A stretch of 45,131 nt of DNA from positions 1 to 45,131 of the forward strand of contig JBEKSS010000013.1 of the NCBI GenBank assembly GCA_049516875.1, in the 5' to 3' direction. This document shows positions 8,660 through 18,445 of this stretch, piece after piece. Source of the stretch: Candidatus Bathyarchaeia archaeon (GTDB lineage Archaea; Thermoproteota; Bathyarchaeia; Bathyarchaeales; Bathycorpusculaceae). How positions within the stretch are numbered: position 1 is the first letter of the stretch; every line of letters starts with the position of its first letter. Under the pieces are notes generated by a model, which was given only the letters and a program-made list of their open reading frames with translations, was not told where the DNA came from and did not search any database. The position numbers and the translations under genes were made by a program.

Positions 8660-9576
8660 TGGGTATGGAGGCCGTGAAAGCTGAGGACTTGTTCAAAACT
8701 TACAGTGGCAAGGAACCTGTTCAAGCCTTGAAAGGCGTGAATCTTTCGATCAAGAAAGGTGAACTTTTCACGTTGCTGGGCCTGAACGGCGCTGGGAAAA
8801 CGACTTTCCTGAGGATTGTTTCTACTCAGCTTTCGCCCACAAGAGGAAACGCCTGGGTCTTGGGATATGATGTTGTGGCTCAGGCTGATGAGGTGAAGGA
8901 GCACATAGCCGTCGTTCCGCAGGACGTCCAGACTTACAGCAACTTCACGCCTTGGGAGTACTGCTACTATTTTTCGCTGTTGCGCGGGATGTCGAAGCGC
9001 AGGACGATGGAGGTTTCTGAAAGAGCCTTGAAAGCCGTTGAATTGTGGGATTTGAGAAACCGCACGTGTGTTCAGCTATCTGGTGGAGAGAAGAAGCGTG
9101 CGATAATCGCCACGGCCTTGGCTTCGGATGCTGACGTTCTACTTCGGGATGAGCCAACGAGCGGGTTAGATGCTGTTGCGAGGAGGAAGGTGTGGGCTGT
9201 TTTGAGCGAGTTGACAGAGCAGGGTAGGTCGATACTGCTGACCACGCACATCATGGAGGAGGCTGAGATGCTTTCTGACAGGCTTGCCATAATCAACAAG
9301 GGGAATGTGATTGCGGAAGGAACACTTGAGGAAATCAAAGGCTTGGCGAAGGAGAAGTTCCGGGTTGTTGTGGAAGGAAACCTGCATGATCTTACCTTGG
9401 AAAACCATAATCACACTTCAAAGTTTGGCAACAAACAGATAATCTATGTTGCGGGTGAGGACGAGGCGCTGGAGTTTGTTAGAACAGCGTTGAAAAGAGG
9501 GTTAAGAGCTGAGACTGCAAGGATTACGCTTGAAGACGTGTTTGTCAAGCTTGTCGGAGGGACGGAGGAGAATTGA
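8656..9576 (+). CDS. ABC exporter ATP-binding subunit (DrrA-like)
   Basis: GLNGAGKT, LSGGEKKR, DEPTSGLD, LTTH. Walker B reads VLLRDE, with an atypical Arg. Confidence 0.92.
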   Translation: MMGMEAVKAEDLFKTYSGKEPVQALKGVNLSIKKGELFTLLGLNGAGKTTFLRIVSTQLSPTRGNAWVLGYDVVAQADEVKEHIAVVPQDVQTYSNFTPWEYCYYFSLLRGMSKRRTMEVSERALKAVELWDLRNRTCVQLSGGEKKRAIIATALASDADVLLRDEPTSGLDAVARRKVWAVLSELTEQGRSILLTTHIMEEAEMLSDRLAIINKGNVIAEGTLEEIKGLAKEKFRVVVEGNLHDLTLENHNHTSKFGNKQIIYVAGEDEALEFVRTALKRGLRAETARITLEDVFVKLVGGTEEN

Positions 9577-10313
9577 ATTTCAAACCTGTGAAGGACGCAT
9601 TTATCATCGCTGCGCTGAAGTCTATCCCTGATCTCAAGAGAAATCCGTCAATGATGATTCTCATAGGAATGATAAGCTCATTTCCGCTTTTCTTTATTCT
9701 TGTTTTTGGTGGGCAGGTGAGTAACGGACTCGTGGGGGCGATGATAGCCACTATAAGCTTCATCGGTTTGGCGGCGGCAATACAGGACATTTCGTTTGAT
9801 CGGTACGTGAAGATAAGAGAAATGATAGTGGCCATGCCCGTGTCTCCGGTCGCGTACGCTATGGGAGTGGCCATGGCGCCACTTTTGATTTCGGCTCCTG
9901 GCTTGGTCTTCTTCATGGGCATCGCCGTTCTACTAGGTGCCTTACCAGTTCTTTCCATCGGATGGGCGGTTGCATCGTTGATTCTGTGTTGGGCAGCTGG
10001 CAGCAGCATCGGGTTCATAATATCCACTTATCTCCGCAAAGCAAGCGTCTACACGCTGAACAACACCGCGAACATACTCGGACTGGGTCTGGTTTTCCTG
10101 CCGCCAGTGTACTACCCAGAGGAAATACTGGGAAGCTACGCGTGGATATCTATGGTGTTTCCCACGTCAAATGCCGCTGGCCTAGTCAGATCCTACGCTG
10201 GGCTCACACAGCTACCTGCTGAAACGGTTCTTTTGCGCTGGCTCATCCTTGTGGCAACTGTAGTCGTCTCCATAATCATCGTATCATTCAAGACAAGATG
10301 GCGAGAAGAGTAA
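9573..10313 (+). CDS. ABC-2 type permease
   Basis: About 6 TM segments, PVYYP motif, overlaps the ATPase stop. Confidence 0.88.
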   Translation: MNFKPVKDAFIIAALKSIPDLKRNPSMMILIGMISSFPLFFILVFGGQVSNGLVGAMIATISFIGLAAAIQDISFDRYVKIREMIVAMPVSPVAYAMGVAMAPLLISAPGLVFFMGIAVLLGALPVLSIGWAVASLILCWAAGSSIGFIISTYLRKASVYTLNNTANILGLGLVFLPPVYYPEEILGSYAWISMVFPTSNAAGLVRSYAGLTQLPAETVLLRWLILVATVVVSIIIVSFKTRWREE

Positions 10314-10465
10314 CAAACGCACATCGGCTAGTGCACGACGGCTCTTCGGAGCTCTAAACCACTCTTGAAGGCTTTTGTCACTAGAAGTGAAGTCTTGCGA
10401 TCGTTGAATAAATCAAGTTATAAGCGTGAAGCCCAGATTCTTCGACAGCACAGCTGGTTTGCAAC

Positions 10466-11242
10466 GTGGTCAAGCCTGAAATCGGTCTGTCTATGCTCTA
10501 TTGTCTAGGTGAACCCTTCGGGAAAATGGCGGAACAGATTCCTAAAGCAAAGACAACCTATATAGAACTCGTCGATGACGGTTTGCACGCTTTGGACAAG
10601 AAAAAGGTTGCAACACTGAACAGCATAAAACAGTCTTATGACAAGAAGTACGCGGTGCACGCGCCTTTCGTCGGCATAAACATAGCTTTGCCATCAAGTC
10701 CTCTACTGAATACCACGCTGAGGAGAATGAAGAAGTCCATCGTCAACGCCAGTGCTCTAGATTGTGAGATGTGGGTTTTCCATCCTGGCCTGAAAACGGC
10801 CACAAGCATGTTTTATCCGGGCATGGACTGGATCAGAAACCTGGACAGTGTTCGTCTGCTGTTCAAGTTTGCACGCGATCACGGCGTTGAGGCGTGTATT
10901 GAGAACCTCATGGAGGCGTTTGTCATGAAGAACGTGGAGGAGTTCAAGAGGTTTTACAGCGAAGTAGGCGAGAACATAGGGCTGGCTCTTGACACTGGAC
11001 ACGCGAATGTGGTTGGACAACTGGAAGGTTTTCTAACGGATTTCTCGTACAAGATTGTGCACCTTCACGCCCATGACAACCACGGAAAGTCTGATGAGCA
11101 CCTGGGCGTGGGCTACGGCAACATAGACTGGGATATGGTTGCAAGGCATTTGAAAAGAGCGTCTTTTGGCAAGATTGTGGTTATCGAGTCTGTTGAGCAC
11201 ATTGACGAGAGCATTCAGGGGCTGCAACGGCTACTTTTCTAA
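10466..11242 (+). CDS. Sugar phosphate isomerase/epimerase (AP endonuclease 2 TIM barrel)
   Basis: VHAP, FHPG, IEN, LDTGHA, HLHAHDN, DEHL..G.G.IDW, VIE. Confidence 0.9.
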   Translation: MVKPEIGLSMLYCLGEPFGKMAEQIPKAKTTYIELVDDGLHALDKKKVATLNSIKQSYDKKYAVHAPFVGINIALPSSPLLNTTLRRMKKSIVNASALDCEMWVFHPGLKTATSMFYPGMDWIRNLDSVRLLFKFARDHGVEACIENLMEAFVMKNVEEFKRFYSEVGENIGLALDTGHANVVGQLEGFLTDFSYKIVHLHAHDNHGKSDEHLGVGYGNIDWDMVARHLKRASFGKIVVIESVEHIDESIQGLQRLLF

Positions 11243-12154
11243 CAGTGGAATATCCAACTTCATGAAGTCTTCTGCGACAGAGGTGTTCTTGAAGATTTTC
11301 TTCGCTTGTTTCAGCCACACGCTCGTGTCCTCGTATCTTTGACTGATGTGTGTTAGAATCAGCTTCTTGGCTTCCGCTTTCTTCGCAGTTCTGGCTGCTT
11401 GGTTTGGAGTCGAGTGGCCATATTCCTTTGCTCTTTCAGCCAGTTCTTCACCCATTGTGCTGTCATGTATCAACAGGTCTGCGCCAAATGCGAACTTTTC
11501 GAGGAGCCTGAAGGGACGAGTGTCACCCGTGTAAACTATCTTTCTGCCCAGTCTGGAAGGGTCCATGACTTCTTCCGGTTTCACAGCATGTCCACTTGGT
11601 AGTCTGACGTTCTGTCCACGTTGAAGCTTTCCCCACAGGGGACCTTCCGGGACGCCTAGAGCTTCCGCTTTCTTGGGGTGGAATCTTCCGGGTCTCGGTT
11701 TTTCTACATATGCGTATGCAAAGCTTGGAATCGCATGTTTCGACCGAATTGCTTCTACGCAGTACTCTTCTTCTTCACAGACGACGCCTGCTTCTTCGAT
11801 TTCGTGGATTACGACCGGAAACGTTAGGACGAACTGCACTGTTTCTCTGATTCCTTGCAAGAAATCATTGATTCTGGGCGGTCCGTAAACGTCGAGTTTT
11901 CTCTCTCTGTTGAGCAGAGCCATGGTCTGCAGCAGTCCAGGAAGTCCTAGAACGTGGTCGCCGTGCATGTGTGTTATGAAAATCTTCATTTTCCTGTTTA
12001 GACTTCCGTGGGCCAGAAGCATCTGTCTTTGGACGCCTTCGCCGCAGTCAAACATGAGCTGTTCGCCTTCGCGCTGGAGGAGTATCGCGGGCAAGCTTCT
12101 CTTGGGAGTTGGGACGCCCGCGGCGGTTCCTAGGAAAATGATGTGCAAGCTCAA
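11231..12154 (-). CDS. rnz: Ribonuclease Z
   Basis: LGTAAGVPT.KR, DCGEG, THMHGDH, exosite GVPEGP, YTGDT, HST, LTHISQRY. Confidence 0.96.
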   Translation of the reverse strand: MSLHIIFLGTAAGVPTPKRSLPAILLQREGEQLMFDCGEGVQRQMLLAHGSLNRKMKIFITHMHGDHVLGLPGLLQTMALLNRERKLDVYGPPRINDFLQGIRETVQFVLTFPVVIHEIEEAGVVCEEEEYCVEAIRSKHAIPSFAYAYVEKPRPGRFHPKKAEALGVPEGPLWGKLQRGQNVRLPSGHAVKPEEVMDPSRLGRKIVYTGDTRPFRLLEKFAFGADLLIHDSTMGEELAERAKEYGHSTPNQAARTAKKAEAKKLILTHISQRYEDTSVWLKQAKKIFKNTSVAEDFMKLDIPLLEK

Positions 12155-12157
12155 AGG

Positions 12158-13195
12158 TTACACCTTTTCGAACACGACGATTTCCCTTGTTAGGCTTCTG
12201 TGGACATAGACAAAATGGGATTCTAGATGTTTATAGCCTAGGCTTGTACCTACGTGCGCGATGTCCAGTTTCTTGGGTGCGGCCATACAGACTCTCCTTC
12301 CGCTGCTCAGCACGTCATGAACAGCTGTCAGCAATTCTTCGATAATCTGTTTTGTGGTGCGCTTCAAAGTGATTGAAGATATGCCGTATGGGGGGTCGGT
12401 TACGACGCAGTCAACCTTGGTCAGCGGTGGGTCTTTTGCGTCGGCAACGATGATGCCTTCTGGTTTGACTTTGAAGTGCGCCATGTTTCTAATGGTTCCT
12501 TTAGTCATTCGGCGTTGAATGTCTAGGCCGAGGGCTTGGCAACCGATGAGTTTGGCTTCGATGAGCATGGTTCCGGTTCCGCAAAACGGGTCGAGAACCG
12601 TTTCTCCAGCCTTGGGCTTGGCCAAGTTTATCATGCACCTCGCGAGTTTCGCCTGCATTGCCGAGGGATGAAAGAAGGGCTTTTTTCTTGGACGCCTCTC
12701 TACGAAGGGTTTGGCTTGAATCTCTGCGAGTTTCACTCCGAAAATGAACTTGTCTTCGGTGAGTGTCCCTATGAAAGCCTTGTCAGGTGCCTTCAGCTTT
12801 ACTCTTGCCATTGGGCACTTGTCGACTATCAGGGCGCCGAGCGTTCTCTCAAGCGTCATCCCGTTGATTTTGGAGGAGTATTCTTTTACGTGTTTCACGC
12901 GTACGACAAAGCTTTCGCCCTCTTTCAGCACCTCTTCGAGCCTTGCGTGCTGCGTGGCTTTGATTATGCTGCTTGTTTCTGAGCTGCAGGTGAAGAGTTC
13001 GAGTGCGCAGAGTCTTGTGAAGGCTGCTCTGCGTTTGAGGGTTTCCGCGCAGGTGGGGTCTGCTTCTAGTCTCAGAACTTGGTCGAGTCTTTCTGTAATC
13101 TTGTAGGAATGGCCTTCAGCTTCGAGTATTGCTTTTACTTCGGAGAAAGGGAGGTCTGCATGTTCACCTGACAGGAAAAGGAAGAGTTTGGCCAC
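12158..13195 (-). CDS. trm11: tRNA (guanine-10-N2) methyltransferase (THUMP + TRM11-type)
   Basis: LSGEH, THUMP region, RP...PFFHPSAM..KLAR, LDPFCGTG, TDPPYG, VHRSLTR. GTG start chosen just after the prs stop. Confidence 0.9.
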   Translation of the reverse strand: MAKLFLFLSGEHADLPFSEVKAILEAEGHSYKITERLDQVLRLEADPTCAETLKRRAAFTRLCALELFTCSSETSSIIKATQHARLEEVLKEGESFVVRVKHVKEYSSKINGMTLERTLGALIVDKCPMARVKLKAPDKAFIGTLTEDKFIFGVKLAEIQAKPFVERRPRKKPFFHPSAMQAKLARCMINLAKPKAGETVLDPFCGTGTMLIEAKLIGCQALGLDIQRRMTKGTIRNMAHFKVKPEGIIVADAKDPPLTKVDCVVTDPPYGISSITLKRTTKQIIEELLTAVHDVLSSGRRVCMAAPKKLDIAHVGTSLGYKHLESHFVYVHRSLTREIVVFEKV

Positions 13196-13197
13196 AC

Positions 13198-14085
13198 TTA
13201 CGCTCCTTTGTGAACCAACGTTTTGCATATTAGTGGAGCAATTGAGACTTTGCTGACTTTGCTTGGAACACTGTCTGTTCCTATTATTTCCTGAGCCCCG
13301 TTTTCCATGATTTTCCTTTCAGAATCGCCCGTCAGCAATGGATGCACACAGGCTGCGTAAACCTTGCTTGCGCCTCGCTCTTTTGCGAATTTTACGGCTT
13401 TTGCCATGGTTCCTCCACTGCTTATTATGTCGTCAAATACTATTACGTCCCTGTTTTTGACGGGCAACTCTTTCTCTTCAAGCGTCACGTTTCCTGTTCG
13501 CGTGTCCCTCTTGGTGGAAATGCAGTCGTGGCCGCCTTTCAAAATGCTGTCAGCTTCAGCTGCCATGTTTAAGGCCTTCTTGCCTAGAGAAAGTGAAAAA
13601 GGATTCTTCACCAAGTTCTGTGTTTTGAAGTACTGTGCTAAAAGAGGAATTGCAGACACGTCCTCAATTGGGGTTTCCAAGGACTTCAAAACTGGAGGGC
13701 TGTGGGCGTTAACGGTTATTATTCTGTTTATGCCGCAGTTTCTGAGCAGTTTTGTGATGGTTTTTATGCTGAAGGCTTCACCGGGTAGGAAGCGTTTGTC
13801 CTGTCGGCTGTACGCGAAGTAGGGCACCACGGCCGTGATTTTCCTTGCTTTCATGTCTGCAGCGTTGTCGGCCATGAGCAGAAGCTGGATGAGTCTTTGA
13901 TCTTGAGGCGGGCTTGTGGTTTGCACTATTATGACGTCTTCGTTTCTGAGAGTTTCTGCTTCGAATCTGATGTATGATTCGCCGTCTGGAAAAGTCTTAT
14001 TGAACACGGGTAGTACCTTGCACTCAAGAAGATCGCCTATCTTTCGGCCGAGCTCTGCGGATGCTGGTCCGGGTATTATTATCAT
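13198..14085 (-). CDS. prs: Ribose-phosphate pyrophosphokinase
   Basis: FPDGE, PYFAYSRQDK, DDIISSGGT, CVHP, TDSV. Confidence 0.96.
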   Translation of the reverse strand: MIIIPGPASAELGRKIGDLLECKVLPVFNKTFPDGESYIRFEAETLRNEDVIIVQTTSPPQDQRLIQLLLMADNAADMKARKITAVVPYFAYSRQDKRFLPGEAFSIKTITKLLRNCGINRIITVNAHSPPVLKSLETPIEDVSAIPLLAQYFKTQNLVKNPFSLSLGKKALNMAAEADSILKGGHDCISTKRDTRTGNVTLEEKELPVKNRDVIVFDDIISSGGTMAKAVKFAKERGASKVYAACVHPLLTGDSERKIMENGAQEIIGTDSVPSKVSKVSIAPLICKTLVHKGA

Positions 14086-14119
14086 GGTATCTCCGTCTAA
14101 GTGCGGTTACTGTTTCCTT

Positions 14120-15403
14120 TTAGGTTTTTCCAGTCTGTTTGTGCTGTCCTATCAGTTCTTTGGCTCTGTCCACGCGGATTTTGCGTTCTTCAACCATTCT
14201 CGCGGCTACTTTGTCGATGAGGTCTCCGGTTGCCCCTGCCATGACTGCTATGTTTCTGGCGTGAAGCGACATGTGGCCTCGCTGTATGCCCTCATGTGCT
14301 AACGCGCGCAGTGCACCGAGGTTCTGAGCTAAGCCCACGGCTGCGAGGACTTCGCCGAACTCGTTGGCGGTTTTTACGCCTAGGATTTTCACGGCCACTT
14401 TGGCTATTGGATGTGTCTTAACTGCGCCGCCTATTAGGCCGACGGCCATTGGCAGTTCAATGGAGCCGACTAGGTCGCCGTTTTCGTTCTTCTCCCACGT
14501 TGAAAGCGACGTGTAATGGCCCGTTCTCGCCGCGTAGGCGTGGGCTCCGGCTTCAATTGCCCGATGATCGTTGCACGTTGCAAGTATCACTGCTATTATG
14601 CCGTTCAATATGCCCTTGTTGTGCGTGGCCGCCCTGTAGGGGTCTGCCGCTGCGAAAGCATAGGCGTTCACGATACCGTCCACGATGTCTTCTCCGCCGA
14701 CCGAGGCCTTGGGCACGAGGCACGAGGCTCTGACCAAGCGTTTTGTAGCCAGATTGGATATTATTCGCAGGTAAACATGACCGCTTGCTATGCGTTCTAT
14801 CATGGGAGCTACTGCCTCGGCCATCGTGTTCACTGCGTTGGCGCCCATGGCGTCGCGGCAGTCCACCTGCATTTCTACAATCAGCATGGGCCCTTGGGTT
14901 GTGTTGATTATCTTCGCGTCGAGGTCTTTTGCTCCGCCGCCGGCTGAAACAAGTACGGGGTCCTGCTCATTCGCTTTCTCCAAGATTTCCTCTTTTGACT
15001 GTATCACTCGCATTCTGGCAGCGTAGGGGTCTTTGACGTTTACAACTTGAATCTGGCCGATCATGATGGGCGGCGTGCTACTCGTGTAAAATCCCCCGCC
15101 GTCTCTTGCCATCTTAGCGGCGTGGCTGGCCGCGGCCACTACTGAGGGCTCTTCGATGGCCATGGGGATCAGGTAGTCGCGCTTGTTTATGAGAAAGTTA
15201 GTGCCTATGCCTAATGGTACTGGAAAGGCTCCGATGACGTTTTCTATCATGCGGTCAGCCAAATCCATGGACAAAGAACCCATGTTCTGTAACAACGTGG
15301 TGTCTTCGTCAGTCAGATCGGCAAATTCCTTAACGACGGCTAAACGTTGTTTGGGGCTTAATTTGTGAAAGCCTGAAATCAACGAGGACTTGTGCATACT
15401 CAC
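14120..15403 (-). CDS. mvaA: HMG-CoA reductase, class II
   Basis: ENVIG, EEPSVVAAAS, DAMGAN, RIISNL, RAATHNKG, GLAQN, GIQRGHMSLH. Confidence 0.95.
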   Translation of the reverse strand: MSMHKSSLISGFHKLSPKQRLAVVKEFADLTDEDTTLLQNMGSLSMDLADRMIENVIGAFPVPLGIGTNFLINKRDYLIPMAIEEPSVVAAASHAAKMARDGGGFYTSSTPPIMIGQIQVVNVKDPYAARMRVIQSKEEILEKANEQDPVLVSAGGGAKDLDAKIINTTQGPMLIVEMQVDCRDAMGANAVNTMAEAVAPMIERIASGHVYLRIISNLATKRLVRASCLVPKASVGGEDIVDGIVNAYAFAAADPYRAATHNKGILNGIIAVILATCNDHRAIEAGAHAYAARTGHYTSLSTWEKNENGDLVGSIELPMAVGLIGGAVKTHPIAKVAVKILGVKTANEFGEVLAAVGLAQNLGALRALAHEGIQRGHMSLHARNIAVMAGATGDLIDKVAARMVEERKIRVDRAKELIGQHKQTGKT

Positions 15404-15483
15404 CTTTTTCTCCTAACTTGTGATTCAAAACATGGTTCACTCTGAGCTTTTTAAGTTTTGGCAGAATCGACGCGTCTAGGGCT

Positions 15484-15684
15484 TCAGCTTCTGTTCCACG
15501 GTGGAAGGATCTTGAGCCAATCTGTTTTCTTGCGGGCACTGTGCGTAGATGCGAGGGGAAGGACCACGCATGGAGGCCGACTCCTACCCCGACGCGTGCA
15601 CGTGTCGCACGTGCAGAAGCGTATTCGACTGTGGCCTTCTTATCAAACGTGTTTCCACAGTTAAGGGCACTTGAGTTTGGCCAT
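15484..15684 (-). pseudogene. Degenerate small zinc-ribbon protein
   Basis: ATG 15684 gives MAKLKCP, then NCGNTFDKK... after a frameshift. Later fragments IYAQCP and KKTDWLKILPPWNRS* lie in shifted frames. Confidence 0.45.
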
Positions 15685-15765
15685 CAAAATCCACCAAGGC
15701 TAGGCTATTGCTATGCTCTAATCGGTTTTTTTGTTGAGCCAGCAAACCGTTTTTTCTGCATCTTT

Positions 15766-16788
15766 CTAGGAGATGTTTCTCTTTGGTAGTGCCACGGCGG
15801 ATATTCCTAGGGATTTACGAATTTCTTTTGCTAGGGTTTCGCCGTTGCTCACGCGGGAGTTGTCGGTTATGACGTGTTCAGGTTTTGAGCGCCTCACGTA
15901 TTCGAGCAACCCGTTGAAGTCTGAGTGGTCGCTGAGGGCTACCACGTATTCTTTGCTGTCGGTCTGGCGGATTGCTGAACTGAATTCCCATCCGCTTAAT
16001 AGAACACGAAAGCTGTTGAGACCGACGTTGCTCCTGGATTCCATGTGATAGAAGGCTATGCAGGGTGCGCTGCTGTCCAGCAGTTTTTCCGCTTCTGGCT
16101 CGGTTGAGAGCATCAGCCGACCTAGACACATGCCGTGTTTTTCGCAGACCTTTGAGACTTGAAACACCCTTTCGGGTGTGATGAAAGGAACGCTCAAGTC
16201 GGCCTTGTGGAGGATCTGCATGACTTCTTGAAGTTTCCCGTGATAACCGAAAACATAGACTGCTCCCTGTTTCAACCCTTTTTCTACCAAGGAAACTAAT
16301 GAACTTTTGACGTCTGTTCCGAAAGAGCGTTTGCAGGTTGGGCTTCCGTAGGTGGCTTCGATGACCAGAACGTCTGATTCGAGGACGGGAGTGTCGTCGA
16401 TTCTGAAGTCCCCTGTGAAGACGATTCGTTTTCCCTCAAAATCTTCAACCAAAACCTGAGTCGCACCTAAGATGTGGTCGGCCTTGAAGAAAGTTATCCT
16501 CTCTTCATCATACTGAATTGTTTGGCCGTAGTCAAGGGTTTCTACCAAGCCGCCCATAAGAAAAAGCGGGGTTCGCATGACGTCTATCATGTCTTTCGTA
16601 GCTTTTGTCATCAAGACTTTTTCGCATGTTCTCAGGCTCTGCCTCAACCCCACCATGTGGTCGGCGTGAGCGTGAGTGACGACTCGCAAGGGCTTCGTCT
16701 CTTCAAAAGCGTCGCACGCGACGTTCTTGCCGAGAAGAACGGCGCCGCGATCTGTTACAGTAGCTCTTACAGACAAAGCCAATACCAC
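15766..16788 (-). CDS. MBL-fold (beta-CASP-like) nuclease
   Basis: THAHADH, HILGA, FTGDF, IEATYG, LSGW, LSDHSDF. Confidence 0.88.
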   Translation of the reverse strand: MVLALSVRATVTDRGAVLLGKNVACDAFEETKPLRVVTHAHADHMVGLRQSLRTCEKVLMTKATKDMIDVMRTPLFLMGGLVETLDYGQTIQYDEERITFFKADHILGATQVLVEDFEGKRIVFTGDFRIDDTPVLESDVLVIEATYGSPTCKRSFGTDVKSSLVSLVEKGLKQGAVYVFGYHGKLQEVMQILHKADLSVPFITPERVFQVSKVCEKHGMCLGRLMLSTEPEAEKLLDSSAPCIAFYHMESRSNVGLNSFRVLLSGWEFSSAIRQTDSKEYVVALSDHSDFNGLLEYVRRSKPEHVITDNSRVSNGETLAKEIRKSLGISAVALPKRNIS

Positions 16789-16798
16789 CCATAAATTC

Positions 16799-17200
16799 CT
16801 AACCTATTCTTGGGGCAAGCCACTCGACGAGTTCTCGGGGGTCTCTGCATTCTATTTTGACTTTTATTGGTCCTAGGGGAGATTCTGCCCTTTCTTTGGA
16901 GAAGGATATGTGTCCAATGTATGCCACCTGTTTGTTCAAACAGAATCTGATTGTCTTTTTGTCCATGCCTTCCAGAAAGACGGCTCGGGCGGCGCTGCGG
17001 ATATGCTCTCGGCGAAGTAGATCACACAGTCTGGTTAGCGATTCCTTTCCATTGCCTTCGCCGACCAGCAGGCTTGCCTTGTGGAGGGGCTTCAAATGCA
17101 GGTCTATGTCTCCGAAAATGTTTCTGACGGCCTGTTCCACTTTCTCTCGAGACTCTGTGGGGCTGATATCGGTTTCGACGTGAAGGCTTATCTCTTCCAT
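16799..17200 (-). CDS. DUF54/UPF0201 putative RNA-binding protein
   Basis: PTES.EKV..AV.NIF, I..AAR, LNKQ.A..G, ESPLGPI. Confidence 0.9.
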   Translation of the reverse strand: MEEISLHVETDISPTESREKVEQAVRNIFGDIDLHLKPLHKASLLVGEGNGKESLTRLCDLLRREHIRSAARAVFLEGMDKKTIRFCLNKQVAYIGHISFSKERAESPLGPIKVKIECRDPRELVEWLAPRIG

Positions 17201-17754
17201 TTCTCCTCGACCTTCCTTAAGACGTGCTTGACCCTGTTTCTCACGACGTCTAATGCTTCCTCGTTGACCACGGTGTACTCGGCCATGGCGATGGCATTGC
17301 CGAGTCCGACACTCAGCTCGCGCATGTCTCTTTTATGAAAAACATCCCAGCAGCCAGCATCGTCGTTTCTTCGCCGTCGGTAAAGCCGTTGGAACCGCGT
17401 TTCTGGAGAAGCGCAGATGGCTGTAAGGCTGAACTTTGGGAAACGTTTTTTGAATTCTTCAACTTCGTCCAGGCTTCTTATCCCGTCCACCACTACTCTC
17501 TGTTTTTTTGATTCTTCTATTTTTGGGATGCATCTTTTTGCTATGACGCTTTTTCCTTCCTTTTCTCTTAGTTCGAGCATGGTTTTTCCTATGTTTTCTG
17601 GGTTTGGCTCTAGGTTTTTGCTTTGTGCTTCTTGTCTCACGATGTCGCCCATCACCACTGCGTCGTAGCCGTTCTCTTTTGCGACTTTGACTACGAGAGA
17701 TTTTCCTGACCCTGGCATTCCTGCCACGCCTAGTACGAGTTTTTCGTCGGCCAT
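17188..17754 (-). CDS. UPF0200/COG0237 P-loop kinase (dephospho-CoA-kinase-like)
   Basis: GMPGSGKS, MGDIVR, VDGIRS..E, RD.REL..G.G.AIAMA. Confidence 0.88.
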   Translation of the reverse strand: MADEKLVLGVAGMPGSGKSLVVKVAKENGYDAVVMGDIVRQEAQSKNLEPNPENIGKTMLELREKEGKSVIAKRCIPKIEESKKQRVVVDGIRSLDEVEEFKKRFPKFSLTAICASPETRFQRLYRRRRNDDAGCWDVFHKRDMRELSVGLGNAIAMAEYTVVNEEALDVVRNRVKHVLRKVEEKWKR

Positions 17755-17859
17755 CTTCTTGCCCTTGCAAATGTTTAGTGTGTGCTGTTAACAGATAGTT
17801 TTTTTACATTAAAAGCGTTTATCACTAAAAACAGTGGGAGAGCACTCGGAGGATTAGGC

Positions 17860-18429
17860 GTGTCAGAGTCGGTCAGGAGTTTTGTGGCCTTCGACATCGA
17901 CAGCGAGTCTGTTATGAAGAGGTTAACGGAAGTGCAGGGACTGCTGGTGGGGACCGGCGCGGATTTGAAGGTTGTTGATCCTAAGAACATTCACATAACC
18001 CTCAGGTTCCTCGGAAACGTTAGGACAGACACGGTTGAGAACATTTTTGATGGCATGAAGAAAGTGCAGTTTGTTCCTTTCGATGTCAAGATCTGCGGTG
18101 TGGGCGCTTTTCCAGACATACGCTATCCACGGGTCGTGTGGGCAGGAATAACTGAAGGCGCTGACAACTTGCGCAAAATCTTTGGTCAACTAGAGCCTCA
18201 TCTCCGCAGTTTGGGGTTTGCGCCCGACCCGAAGGGCTTTAGCCCGCACCTCACGATTGCCAGAGTAAGGTCTGGAAGGAACAAGGCTGAACTTGCCAGA
18301 TTCATCTCAGAAAACGTAGATTGCGAGTTTGGGACTATCAGGGCTGCGTGTTTGCGGCTTAAGAGAAGCGACTTGACGCCGAAGGGACCCATTTACTCCA
18401 CACTTAAAGAAGTTTGTCCGCAGGGATGA
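17860..18429 (+). CDS. thpR: RNA 2',3'-cyclic phosphodiesterase (2H family)
   Basis: RSFVA, HITL.FLG, PRVVWAG, PHLTIAR, S.LTP.GPIY. GTG start with SD GGAGG. Confidence 0.94.
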   Translation: MSESVRSFVAFDIDSESVMKRLTEVQGLLVGTGADLKVVDPKNIHITLRFLGNVRTDTVENIFDGMKKVQFVPFDVKICGVGAFPDIRYPRVVWAGITEGADNLRKIFGQLEPHLRSLGFAPDPKGFSPHLTIARVRSGRNKAELARFISENVDCEFGTIRAACLRLKRSDLTPKGPIYSTLKEVCPQG

Positions 18430-18445
18430 GAAGAAGGACCTTTTG

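Noticed and set aside
14303-14309. CGCGCGC run within HMGR
   Set aside because: Inside conserved coding sequence (LRAL) and consistent with chance. Not counted as a junction.
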